Assembly: GCF_003334305.1 (NCBI RefSeq)
Contig: NZ_QOWS01000046.1
Reading direction: 5' to 3' (one strand)
Length of the DNA: 7,574 nt
Source of the DNA: Escherichia coli
Lineage (GTDB): Bacteria > Pseudomonadota > Gammaproteobacteria > Enterobacterales > Enterobacteriaceae
Shown here: in pieces, positions 1 to 7,574 of the stretch
How positions within the stretch are numbered: the stretch's first letter is position 1
Layout of the letters: every line of letters begins with the position of its first letter
Position numbers and translations under genes: made by a program
Notes under the pieces: model-generated
The model's input: only the letters and a program-made list of their open reading frames with translations
What the model was told of the DNA's origin: nothing
Databases searched by the model: none

Positions 1-77
<77 letters not shown>

Positions 78-112
78 GCATATAATGCAACATTTTGAAT
101 TAGCACGATTTT

Positions 113-147
<35 letters not shown>

Positions 148-170
148 TTTTGTGCACGAGGCTGGCTTTA

Positions 171-994
171 TCACTGAGTCAGCCCAACAAAGCGACCCGC
201 CTTGATATAAATCCCAGGCTTCAGGTGCCCAACATACTGTAACTGCGTTTCTGGCTTAAACGCAGAGACATCACCAATACGCATATGCATCAGATCGGCA
301 GGGCTAATCCAGCCCGATTGCGCCAGTGTAAGTGGATGCCCGGCTTTGGCAAAGGCATCCGTGACAAATTCCGAACAAAACCACGACTTTTTGTCTCCTT
401 CGCCCACACTGCTTAACTGCGCTTTCGCCAGGCCGCTGACGCACTTTGGCGAAAATCCTCGGAGAACGGATTCAGTGAGCACATCTGGCGAGTCACCATA
501 AAGGGAATAAATTCGACAATGCCGCGATAGTTATAACCGCTATCTTTGATTTTATTGGCAAACGCGGTGATATCTGTGGCTTGTTGCGGGGTAAGATCCG
601 GGACTCGTAAGACGAAAAGCTTATCACTATGCTTCATCGCTTTTTTAAGGGAAACAATCTGGACGCCAGCGCCTGTCGCTTCTGCAACGTTATTATCACC
701 CAGAAAGATTGCAACGTGACTCACAGAGGAAGTGCTGAAGACGCGGATTCCAAATGAGGTTACCCCAAGGCTTGAGGAGAACAGCAAATCGCCGGGTTTG
801 AGATCAGGTGCCGTTATTTCTTTTATTGATTGTTCGGTGAAAGAGCTTTGATGCTGGAATTTGACAGCCCATGTTTTTGCCTCGGCATCTACTGCTGTGG
901 CTGATGGGTCTGGCTGGCTGATATCAACGGTACAAGCCGAAAGTAAAAGAAAGCTGGGGAGAAACAGGCGGCAGTACGCCTTTGGTTTATCCAT
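171..994 (-). pseudogene. yaeF: yaeF-like lipoprotein (permuted NlpC/P60-type putative peptidase), interrupted by a frameshift in this sequence
   Basis: Two overlapping minus-strand ORFs in different frames (413..1048 and 171..482). The upstream one starts MDKPKAYCRLFLPSFLLLSAC (signal peptide plus lipobox LSAC) from ATG at 992-994 and stops at TAA 413-415. The downstream one carries the Cys motif WFCSEFV and runs to the stop at 171-173. His-containing and Cys-containing segments fall in separate frames. Span 171..994 is 824 nt, not a multiple of 3. Confidence 0.8.
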
Positions 995-1010
995 TTTATA
1001 CAATCCATGT

Positions 1011-1038
1011 AAAAAAAGGGCCCTGAAATTCAGGACCC
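1011..1038 (-). terminator. Rho-independent terminator of proS
   Basis: Read on the minus strand: GGGUCCUGA-AUU-UCAGGGCCC, a 9-bp stem with one G-U pair and a 3-nt loop, followed directly by U7 (plus-strand a7 at 1011-1017). It begins about 10 nt downstream of the proS stop. Confidence 0.8.
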
Positions 1039-1047
1039 TTTCTGGCA

Positions 1048-2766
1048 TCAGCCTTTAATCTGTTTCACCAGATATTCGACGATGTCACCAGTCTTAATTA
1101 ACTGTTTCTCGCCGTTGCGACGATATTTATATTCGATATCGTCGTTGTCGAGGTTACGGTCGCCCAGCACAATAGTGTGCGGAATACCGATCAGTTCCAT
1201 ATCAGCAAACATCACGCCCGGACGCTCTTTGCGGTCATCCAGCAGCACTTCGATACCTTGTGCACGCAGTTCGCTGTACAGTTTCTCAGCAAGCTCTTGT
1301 ACGCGGAAGGATTTGTGCATGTTCATCGGCAGAATCGCCACCTGGAACGGCGCGATAGCGTCAGGCCATACGATGCCTCGTTCGTCGTAGTTCTGCTCAA
1401 TCGCCGCAGCTACCACACGCGTTACCCCGATACCGTAGCAACCCATCGTCAGGATTTGGTTACGGCCATCTTCACCCTGTACGGAGGCTTTCAGTGCTTC
1501 GGAGTACTTGGTACCCAGCTGGAAGATGTGACCAACTTCGATACCACGTTTGATCAGCAGCGTACCCTGGCCATCCGGGCTTGGATCGCCAGCCACCACG
1601 TTACGGATATCTGCAACTTCCGGGGTAGCGACATCGCGATCCCAGTTGATGCCGAAGTAGTGTTTACCATCGATGTTAGCACCAGCAGCGAAATCACTCA
1701 TCGCCGCAACGGTACGGTCAATCACCACCGGAATCGGCATGTTTACCGGACCCAGTGAACCCGGACCGGCTTTAACCACGGCACGAATTTCTTCTTCGGT
1801 CGCGAAAGTCAGCGGGCTTGCAACCTGCGGCAGTTTTTCTGCTTTAACTTCGTTCAGCTCGTGATCACCGCGCACCAGCAGCGCAACCAGCGGGAAGCTA
1901 CTGCCTTCAACCGCTTTAACCAGCAGAGTCTTAACCGTTTTCTCAATCGGCAGATTGAACTGTTCAACCAGTTCCGCGATGGTTTTCGCGTTCGGCGTAT
2001 CAACCAGCGTCATTTCCTGGGTAGCAGCAGCGCGCGGTTCTTTCGGCGCGATAGCTTCTGCCAGTTCAATGTTCGCTGCATAGTCAGAGGTGTCGGAGAA
2101 GACCACATCGTCTTCACCGCTCTGCGCCAGCACCTGGAATTCGTGAGAGGCGCTGCCGCCGATAGAACCGGTGTCGGCTTGTACGGCGCGGAAATCCAGC
2201 CCCATGCGGCTGAAGATTTTGCTGTAGGCCGCATACATTGCATCGTAGGTTTCCTGCAGGGATTCCTGAGAAGTATGGAAAGAGTAAGCATCTTTCATCA
2301 GGAATTCGCGGGAACGCATGACGCCGAAACGCGGACGCACTTCGTCGCGGAACTTGGTCTGGATCTGATAGAAGTTCAGCGGCAGCTGTTTGTAAGAGCT
2401 AAGCTCGTTACGAATCAGGTCAGTGATAACTTCTTCATGAGTTGGGCCGAGTACGAACGGACGCTCGCCACGGTCAACAAAACGCAGCAGTTCCGGACCG
2501 TACTGTTCCCAACGACCACTCTCTTGCCACAAATCAGCTGGCTGAACCACCGGCATCGACACCTCGATCGCACCGGCGTTGTTCATCTCTTCACGCACGA
2601 TGTTTTCGACTTTTTTCAGAACGCGCACGCCGGTCGGCAGCCAGGTATATAACCCGGAGGCCAGCTTGCGGATCATCCCGGCGCGCAGCATCAGCTGATG
2701 GCTGATCACCTCGGCGTCGGCAGGTGTCTCCTTGAGAGTGGAGAGCAGGTATTGGCTAGTACGCAT
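1048..2766 (-). CDS. proS: Prolyl-tRNA synthetase (class II aaRS with INS editing domain), 572 aa
   Basis: The 590-aa ORF contains the recognisable ProS sequence starting [20 protein letters not shown] at an internal ATG (2764-2766), giving 572 aa. The 18 upstream in-frame codons are treated as non-coding leader. Confidence 0.96.
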
Positions 2767-2877
2767 GTTGTTACGGTTCCAGTTGGAAGGTAGAACAGGC
2801 TCAAGGCGAGCCTGGGACAAAAAAAAGTGATTTAGTTTACCAGTGCAAAAGAAATGTCAAAAGAGAAGGGCGTGAAT

Positions 2878-3585
2878 TTAACGCGGTTCCAGCGCAAAGA
2901 CTTCAAAACCTGCGTCGGTGACGCGCCAGCGAACGTTAAAATCATGTAGCCAGACGGCATAGGTTTTGCCCGTTTCCTCACCTTTACGATAGGCCGGGCG
3001 TGGGTCCTGCGCCAGTACTTCGCGGATAAACAGCGTTAACTGCGGATAACGCTTCTCCAGCGTCAAAAGCTGCTTTTCGACCTCTGCGGTAAAACTCACC
3101 GCCATCTCTGCCGCTGGCGCACTTTGCGCATAGCTGGCACTGGCATCGGGAAGCGATTCGGCAAAGGGGAGATACGGTTTGATATCCACTACCGGCGTAC
3201 CATCGACCAGATCCAGACTGCCGAGCTTCAGAATCACGCTGTCTTTATGGCAAACAACCTCTTTCAGCTCTACCAGCGACATACCAATTGGGTTAGGGCG
3301 GAAAGTAGAGCGTGTTGCGAAAACCCCCATTCTGGCGTTACCGCCGAGGCGCGGTGGACGCACAGTCGGACGCCAGCCGCCTTCCATCGTTTGATGAAAG
3401 ACGAAAAGGATCCATAAATGGCTGAACGCTTCCAGGCCGCGAACGGCGTCGGCCTGGTTGTAGGGAGCAATGAGATGCAGTTCGCCGTTGGCGCTTTTTA
3501 CCAGACCTGGCTGGCGCGGAACGGCGAATTTTTCTTTATAGGGCGAGCGAATAACGCCTATTTGCTCGAACTGGAAACTGCTCAT
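2878..3585 (-). CDS. trmO: tRNA (adenine37-N6)-methyltransferase TrmO (formerly YaeB/TsaA), 235 aa
   Basis: ORF translation MSSFQFEQIGVIRSPYKEKFAVPRQPGLVK... recognised as E. coli YaeB/TrmO with matching length. Its ATG overlaps the rcsF stop (ATGA). Confidence 0.94.
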   Translation of the reverse strand: MSSFQFEQIGVIRSPYKEKFAVPRQPGLVKSANGELHLIAPYNQADAVRGLEAFSHLWILFVFHQTMEGGWRPTVRPPRLGGNARMGVFATRSTFRPNPIGMSLVELKEVVCHKDSVILKLGSLDLVDGTPVVDIKPYLPFAESLPDASASYAQSAPAAEMAVSFTAEVEKQLLTLEKRYPQLTLFIREVLAQDPRPAYRKGEETGKTYAVWLHDFNVRWRVTDAGFEVFALEPR

Positions 3586-3986
3586 TTCGCCGTAATGTTA
3601 AGCGCAGAGCCGATACATACAGCCTGACGATAGCAGCCTGGCGTACCGCTGGTGACTTCGCAGCTATGCAGTAATACCGCATTGGCCTTCATTTTCGAGG
3701 CGTTGATTTGCATCCGCTTACGCGCGGTTGGAATGCTCGGCGGAGAGTCCTGATTAGAGGCCTGGCAAGAGTCGCCACTGACTTCACCGAGATCGCGGAA
3801 CGGTTTGCCGACTAATTCTTCTGCATTGGTATAAATTCGGACCGGCGTGGCGCGCGGCGCTTTCGGTTTTGCAGGCTCCGCTTTCGGCTGGGGTGCAGTG
3901 CTTTGAACGGGTTCGACAGGGGATCTGCTTAACATGGAACAGCCGCTTAGCATGAGTGCTACTAAACAGATCGGTAAAGCACGCAT
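3582..3986 (-). CDS. rcsF: Outer-membrane lipoprotein RcsF (Rcs envelope-stress sensor), 134 aa
   Basis: ORF MRALPICLVALMLSGCSML... with lipobox LSGC, a Pro/Lys-rich linker and a C-terminal Cys-rich domain. RBS GAGGA lies 8 nt upstream of ATG at 3984-3986. Recognised as RcsF. Confidence 0.95.
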   Translation of the reverse strand: MRALPICLVALMLSGCSMLSRSPVEPVQSTAPQPKAEPAKPKAPRATPVRIYTNAEELVGKPFRDLGEVSGDSCQASNQDSPPSIPTARKRMQINASKMKANAVLLHSCEVTSGTPGCYRQAVCIGSALNITAK

Positions 3987-4048
3987 AGTATTTCCTCAAT
4001 GTATGATCAAAACGTCAATATTGAATCAGGAGCTTGTAAAAATGACAA

Positions 4049-4066
4049 GACGGGCAAGCGCCCGTC
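4049..4066 (-). terminator. Probable intrinsic terminator downstream of metQ (end of the metNIQ operon)
   Basis: Minus-strand hairpin GACGGGC-GCUU-GCCCGUC (7-bp GC-rich stem) followed by UUGUCAUUUUUA, about 38 nt after the metQ stop. The U-tract is interrupted, hence moderate confidence. Confidence 0.5.
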
Positions 4067-4103
4067 CTGAATGATATTACAAATTGTGGAAACAGCCTAA
4101 AAA

Positions 4104-4919
4104 TTACCAGCCTTTAACAGCGCCGCCGTTAAACACTTTGTTTGCTGCTTCGTAAACTTCATCAGACTGATAAGCCTGGACGAATTTCTTCACGTTCTCG
4201 GCGTCTTTGTTATCTTCACGCGTTACGATCAGGTTTACGTACGGGGAGTCTTTATCTTCGACAAAGATACCGTCTTTCGCTGGAGTCAGGCCAATCTGGC
4301 TGGCATAGGTGGTATTGATAACTGCCAGAGCGATTTGCGCGTCGTCCAGAGATCGAGGCAGCTGCGGTGCTTCCAGCTCAACAATTTTCAGATTTTTTGG
4401 GTTCTCAACAACATCAAGAACGGTCGGCAGCAGGCCAACGCCATCTTTCAGTTTGATCAAGCCCACTTTTTGCAGCAGCAGCAGTGAACGACCAAGATTA
4501 GTTGGATCGTTTGGCACGGCAACCTGCGAACCATCCTGCAGTTCATCCAGTGATTTGATTTTCTTGGAGTAACCAGCAATCGGATAAACAAAAGTGTTGC
4601 CTACTGCGACCAGTTTGTAGCCACGATCTTTCAGTTGCTGATCAAGGTACGGTTTATGCTGGAAGGCGTTGGCGTCGATATCGCCTTTGCTCAATGCTTC
4701 GTTTGGCAGAACATAGTCGTTGAAGGTTACCAGCTCAACGTCCAGGCCATATTTGTCTTTCGCAACTTTCTGCGCGACTTCTGCTACCTGCTGTTCGGCA
4801 CCAACAATCACGCCGACTTTAATGTGGTTTGGATCTTTTTCATCCTGACCGCAGCCTACCAGTGCCAGTGATCCAATCAGGGCTCCCACTGCCGCAAAGG
4901 TTTTGAATTTGAACGCCAT
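4104..4919 (-). CDS. metQ: D-methionine ABC transporter substrate-binding lipoprotein MetQ (NlpA family), 271 aa
   Basis: ORF MAFKFKTFAAVGALIGSLALVGCGQDEK... with signal peptide and lipobox cysteine. Strong RBS AAGGAA upstream. Recognised as MetQ with matching length. Confidence 0.96.
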   Translation of the reverse strand: MAFKFKTFAAVGALIGSLALVGCGQDEKDPNHIKVGVIVGAEQQVAEVAQKVAKDKYGLDVELVTFNDYVLPNEALSKGDIDANAFQHKPYLDQQLKDRGYKLVAVGNTFVYPIAGYSKKIKSLDELQDGSQVAVPNDPTNLGRSLLLLQKVGLIKLKDGVGLLPTVLDVVENPKNLKIVELEAPQLPRSLDDAQIALAVINTTYASQIGLTPAKDGIFVEDKDSPYVNLIVTREDNKDAENVKKFVQAYQSDEVYEAANKVFNGGAVKGW

Positions 4920-4958
4920 ACCTTATTCCTTCTTCAATTATTTATGTTGTGTTGAACG

Positions 4959-5612
4959 TTACTTGCGAGTGACAGCCCGGACGATGCGGTCGCCTGCGAA
5001 CTGAATTAAATAAACCAGAATGACCAGCAATACCAGTACCGTATTCATCACCGTCGCGTTATAGCCGATGTAGCCATACTGATAGCCAATCTGACCTAAA
5101 CCACCGGCACCGACTGCACCACCCATCGCGGAATAACCGACCAGGGTAATCAGGGTGATAGTTGCCGCATTCACCAGACCCGGCAATGCTTCCGGTAACA
5201 GCACTTTACGGACGATCTGCATCGGCGTGGCACCCATTGCACGGGAAGCTTCAATTAACCCGGTTGGGATCTCCAGCAGAGCGTTCTCGACCATACGGGC
5301 AATAAACGGTGCTGCACCAACGGTTAACGGAACAATCGCTGCCTGCAAACCAATCGATGTACCGACAATAACGCGGGTAAACGGAATCATCCATACCAGC
5401 AAGATAATGAACGGGATGGAACGGAAAATGTTCACAATCGCAGAAACGGTACGATACAGCTTCGCGTTAGCAATAATTTGCCCCGGGCGCGTAACATAAA
5501 GCAGGACGCCGACCGGCAGACCAATCACAAAGCCAAAAAATCCGGATACGAAGGTCATTGCCAGCGTTTCCCATACGCCACGAACCAGCAACCACATCAT
5601 CGGCTCAGACAT
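4959..5612 (-). CDS. metI: D-methionine ABC transporter permease MetI, 217 aa
   Basis: Hydrophobic multi-[33 protein letters not shown]... Start ATG overlaps the metN stop by 8 nt. Recognised as MetI with matching length. Confidence 0.95.
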
Positions 5613-6636
5613 AACCCAGTACCTCTACTTTTACATGGTGTTCCTGCAGCCAGGCAATGGCGGCTTGCGTATCTTGTTGTGTGCCGTGCATTTCAGTCAG
5701 CATGATGCCGAACTTAACGCCACCGGCGTAATCCATCTGCGCGCTAATAATGTTGTTGTTGACGTTGAAACGACGCGCGGTTTCAGAAAGCAGCGGGGCA
5801 TCGACCGATTGACCGGTAAACTCCAGGCGCAACATCGGCACGCAGTCAGTAAATGGCTCCGCTTGCAGACGTTCCTGGTAATCTTCCGGGATATCCAGAT
5901 GCAGGGTCGACTGAATAAACTTCTGCGCCAGCGGCGTTTTCGGATGCGAGAACACTTCACTTACCGTGTCCTGCTCGATCAGTTCGCCATTGCTGATGAC
6001 CGCCACGCAATCACAAATACGCTTCACAACGTCCATTTCGTGGGTGATCAACAGAATCGTCAAACCCAGACGGCGGTTAATGTCTTTCAGCAGTTCGAGA
6101 ATAGAACGTGTCGTTGCCGGGTCCAGCGCGCTGGTGGCTTCATCACACAGCAATACTTTGGGATTGCTGGCTAATGCACGGGCAATCGCCACACGTTGTT
6201 TCTGCCCACCGGAAAGATTCGACGGGTAGCTATCATGCTTATCGCCAAGACCAACCAATGACAGCAATTCCGTCACGCGACGTTTGATCTCGTCTTTCGG
6301 TGTGTTGTCCAGCTCCAGCGGCAGAGCCACGTTGCCAAAAACAGTACGCGAAGAGAGCAGGTTAAAATGCTGGAAAATCATACCAATCTGGCGGCGAGCT
6401 TTGGTCAACTCGGATTCTGACAGCGTGGTCAGTTCCTGGCCATCGACCAGCACGCTACCCTCGGTTGGGCGCTCCAGCAGGTTTACACAACGTATAAGCG
6501 TACTCTTACCCGCGCCTGAGGCACCGATAACGCCATAAATTTGTCCAGCTGGCACATGCAGGCTGACGTTGTTCAACGCCTGGATGGTGCGGGTGCCCTG
6601 GTGGAACACTTTGGTGATATTCGAAAGTTTTATCAT
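5605..6636 (-). CDS. metN: D-methionine ABC transporter ATP-binding protein MetN, 343 aa
   Basis: Walker [13 protein letters not shown] signature LSGGQKQR, Walker [12 protein letters not shown], and a C-terminal regulatory extension. Recognised as MetN with matching length. Confidence 0.96.
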
Positions 6637-6710
6637 TGATTATTTATTATCGTCATTAAGTTAGTCGTGGCATTTCGAATGCCTGAAACGGGCAACGCCG
6701 TCAATGAAAT

Positions 6711-6742
6711 GGATGTTAAGGCATCCAGACGTCTAAATCAAT
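6711..6742. promoter_or_regulatory. MetJ operator (met box) region in the metN promoter
   Basis: Perfect met-box octamer AGACGTCT at 6727-6734, flanked in 8-bp register by degenerate copies (aggcatcc, 5/8; ggatgtta, 4/8). It lies about 90 nt upstream of the metN start codon. Confidence 0.55.
6713..6741 (-). promoter_or_regulatory. Candidate sigma70 promoter of metNIQ
   Basis: On the minus strand: -35 TTGATT (6736-6741), 17-bp spacer, -10 TAACAT (6713-6718). The perfect met box lies inside the spacer, consistent with repression by occlusion. Confidence 0.4.
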
Positions 6743-6823
6743 CAGGTTTATGCGAAGAGCACTTTCTTGCAGGTCGAAACATGCGATACTAGCGTCACAT
6801 GCCTTATTAAGGAGCTATAAAAG

Positions 6824-7396
6824 GTGGCGAAGAGCGTACCCGCAATTTTTCTTGACCGTGATGGCACCATTAATGTCGAGCACGGCTATGTCCATGAGAT
6901 CGACAACTTTGAATTTATCGACGGTGTTATTGACGCCATGCGCGAGCTAAAAAAAATGGGCTTTGCGCTGGTGGTAGTAACCAACCAGTCTGGCATTGCT
7001 CGCGGTAAATTTACTGAAGCGCAGTTTGAAACGCTGACCGAGTGGATGGACTGGTCGCTGGCGGACCGCGATGTCGATCTGGATGGCATCTATTATTGCC
7101 CGCATCATCCGCAGGGTAGTGTTGAAGAGTTTCGCCAGGTCTGCGACTGCCGCAAACCACATCCGGGGATGCTTTTGTCAGCACGCGATTATTTGCATAT
7201 TGATATGGCCGCTTCTTATATGGTGGGCGATAAATTAGAAGATATGCAGGCAGCGGCTGCGGCGAACGTGGGAACAAAAGTGCTGGTGCGTACGGGTAAA
7301 CCTATTACGCCTGAAGCAGAAAACGCGGCGGATTGGGTGTTAAATAGCCTGGCAGACCTGCCGCAAGCGATAAAAAAGCAGCAAAAACCGGCATAA
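6824..7396 (+). CDS. gmhB: D-glycero-beta-D-manno-heptose-1,7-bisphosphate 7-phosphatase GmhB (HAD superfamily), GTG start
   Basis: ORF (M)[24 protein letters not shown]... with HAD motif I DRDGT. RBS AGGAG at 6810-6814, 9 nt upstream of GTG at 6824. Stop TAA at 7394-7396. Recognised as GmhB/YaeD. Confidence 0.93.
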   Translation: MAKSVPAIFLDRDGTINVEHGYVHEIDNFEFIDGVIDAMRELKKMGFALVVVTNQSGIARGKFTEAQFETLTEWMDWSLADRDVDLDGIYYCPHHPQGSVEEFRQVCDCRKPHPGMLLSARDYLHIDMAASYMVGDKLEDMQAAAAANVGTKVLVRTGKPITPEAENAADWVLNSLADLPQAIKKQQKPA

Positions 7397-7397
7397 T

Positions 7398-7412
7398 GAT
7401 TAAAAGATGAGC
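7398..7412. promoter_or_regulatory. Candidate Fis site (site I, centred near -71 of rRNA P1)
   Basis: gattaaaagatgagc: 15-bp G...C-bounded element with an A/T-rich core, centred at 7405, about 71 bp upstream of the predicted P1 start. Confidence 0.4.
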
Positions 7413-7437
7413 AATTGAAATAAAAATGCATTTTTCC
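7411..7437 (+). promoter_or_regulatory. UP element of rRNA operon P1 promoter
   Basis: A/T-rich tract gcaattgaaataaaaatgcatttttcc immediately upstream of the -35 hexamer (-40 to -60 region), as in rrn P1 promoters. Confidence 0.6.
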
Positions 7438-7439
7438 AC

Positions 7440-7476
7440 TTGTCTTCCTGAGACGACTCCCTATAATGCGCCTCCA
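7440..7476 (+). promoter_or_regulatory. rRNA operon P1 promoter (rrnH-type): -35, -10, GC-rich discriminator and start site
   Basis: -35 TTGTCT (7440-7445), 16-bp spacer, -10 TATAAT (7462-7467), discriminator GCGCCTCC, predicted +1 near 7476. Near-identical in layout to rrnB P1 (TTGTCA-16-TATAAT-GCGCC). Confidence 0.85.
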
Positions 7477-7549
7477 TCGACACGGCGGATGTGAATCACT
7501 TCACACAAACAGCCGGTTCGGTTGAAGAGAAAAATCCTGAAATTCAGGG

Positions 7550-7574
7550 TTGACTCTGAAAGAGGAAAGCGTAA
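7550..7574 (+). promoter_or_regulatory. rRNA operon P2 promoter, truncated by the window edge
   Basis: ttgactctgaaagaggaaagcgtaa: -35 TTGACT (7550-7555), 16-bp spacer, and the window ends on TAA, the first 3 nt of the expected -10 TAATAT. Lies about 75-100 nt downstream of P1, as in rrn operons. Confidence 0.7.

Noticed and set aside
413-482. Programmed ribosomal frameshifting as an explanation for the yaeF frame overlap
   Set aside because: There is no slippery heptamer followed by a stimulatory structure, and no precedent for recoding in this gene family. A simple 1-nt indel (mutation or sequencing error) is much more parsimonious.
1022-1034. Exact 13-mer cctgaaattcagg also present at 7536-7548 (rRNA P1-P2 spacer)
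   Set aside because: A single exact 13-nt repeat in a 7.6-kb window is about what chance predicts (expectation near 0.4-0.8 across both strands). The two copies sit in unrelated contexts (proS terminator stem and rrn leader), so I do not read it as a shared regulatory motif.
861-1058. 65-aa plus-strand ORF spanning the yaeF start and the proS terminator
   Set aside because: It overlaps the yaeF N-terminal coding region and the terminator hairpin, and has no RBS. Spurious.
1861-2652. Long plus-strand ORF (263 aa) antisense to proS, with neighbouring antisense ORFs at 1177..1758 and 1082..1390
   Set aside because: It lies entirely inside the confidently identified proS gene on the opposite strand. 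The translation is low-complexity and rich in R, Q and F, with no recognisable motifs and no RBS or promoter context. This is the typical stop-codon-poor antisense frame of a highly expressed gene.
2767-2820. 18-codon N-terminal extension of the proS ORF ([18 protein letters not shown])
   Set aside because: ProS is recognisable from the internal MRTSQYLL start, which gives the expected 572 aa. The extension covers the leader hairpin region and is an artefact of calling the longest ORF.
3784-3999. Alternative 71-aa minus-strand ORF overlapping the rcsF 5' region in another frame
   Set aside because: The in-frame RcsF ORF has a proper RBS, lipoprotein signal peptide and expected length. The alternative frame gives an Arg/Cys-rich sequence with no features.
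4309-4871. Candidate small proteins or sRNAs within the metQ region (plus-strand ORFs of 78-87 aa)
   Set aside because: They are internal and antisense to metQ, with no promoter or terminator signatures and no flanking intergenic space.
5635-6174. 179-aa plus-strand ORF antisense to metN, and other short ORFs antisense to metQ, metI, trmO and gmhB
   Set aside because: All are embedded antisense to recognised genes, lack translation signals and have atypical composition. They are treated as six-frame noise.
7382-7396. Possible one-codon difference at the GmhB C-terminus (ORF ends ...KKQQKPA, 190 aa, where I recall 191 aa for E. coli GmhB)
   Set aside because: This rests only on my uncertain memory of the reference length. 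The ORF is otherwise intact with a clear HAD motif, so I do not report it as an anomaly. Alignment to the reference gmhB would settle it.

Overview
This window reads as a well-known housekeeping stretch of an Escherichia coli / Shigella-type chromosome, not a novel system. Left to right: the probable 3' end of nlpE (+), a REP element, yaeF (-; split by a frameshift in this sequence), proS (-), trmO/yaeB (-), rcsF (-), the metNIQ D-methionine ABC transporter operon (-), gmhB (+), and the start of a ribosomal RNA operon promoter region (rrnH-type P1 with UP element, and the -35 of P2 at the window edge). Gene calls rest on recognising the translated ORFs as these proteins and on their lengths; all coordinates were checked against the sequence by hand. 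I found no defence island, mobile element, CRISPR array or toxin-antitoxin candidate. The one real anomaly is the yaeF frameshift. The other findings are regulatory architecture: terminators, a MetJ box in the metN promoter, translationally coupled gene overlaps, and an rRNA promoter upstream region running into the gmhB 3' end.
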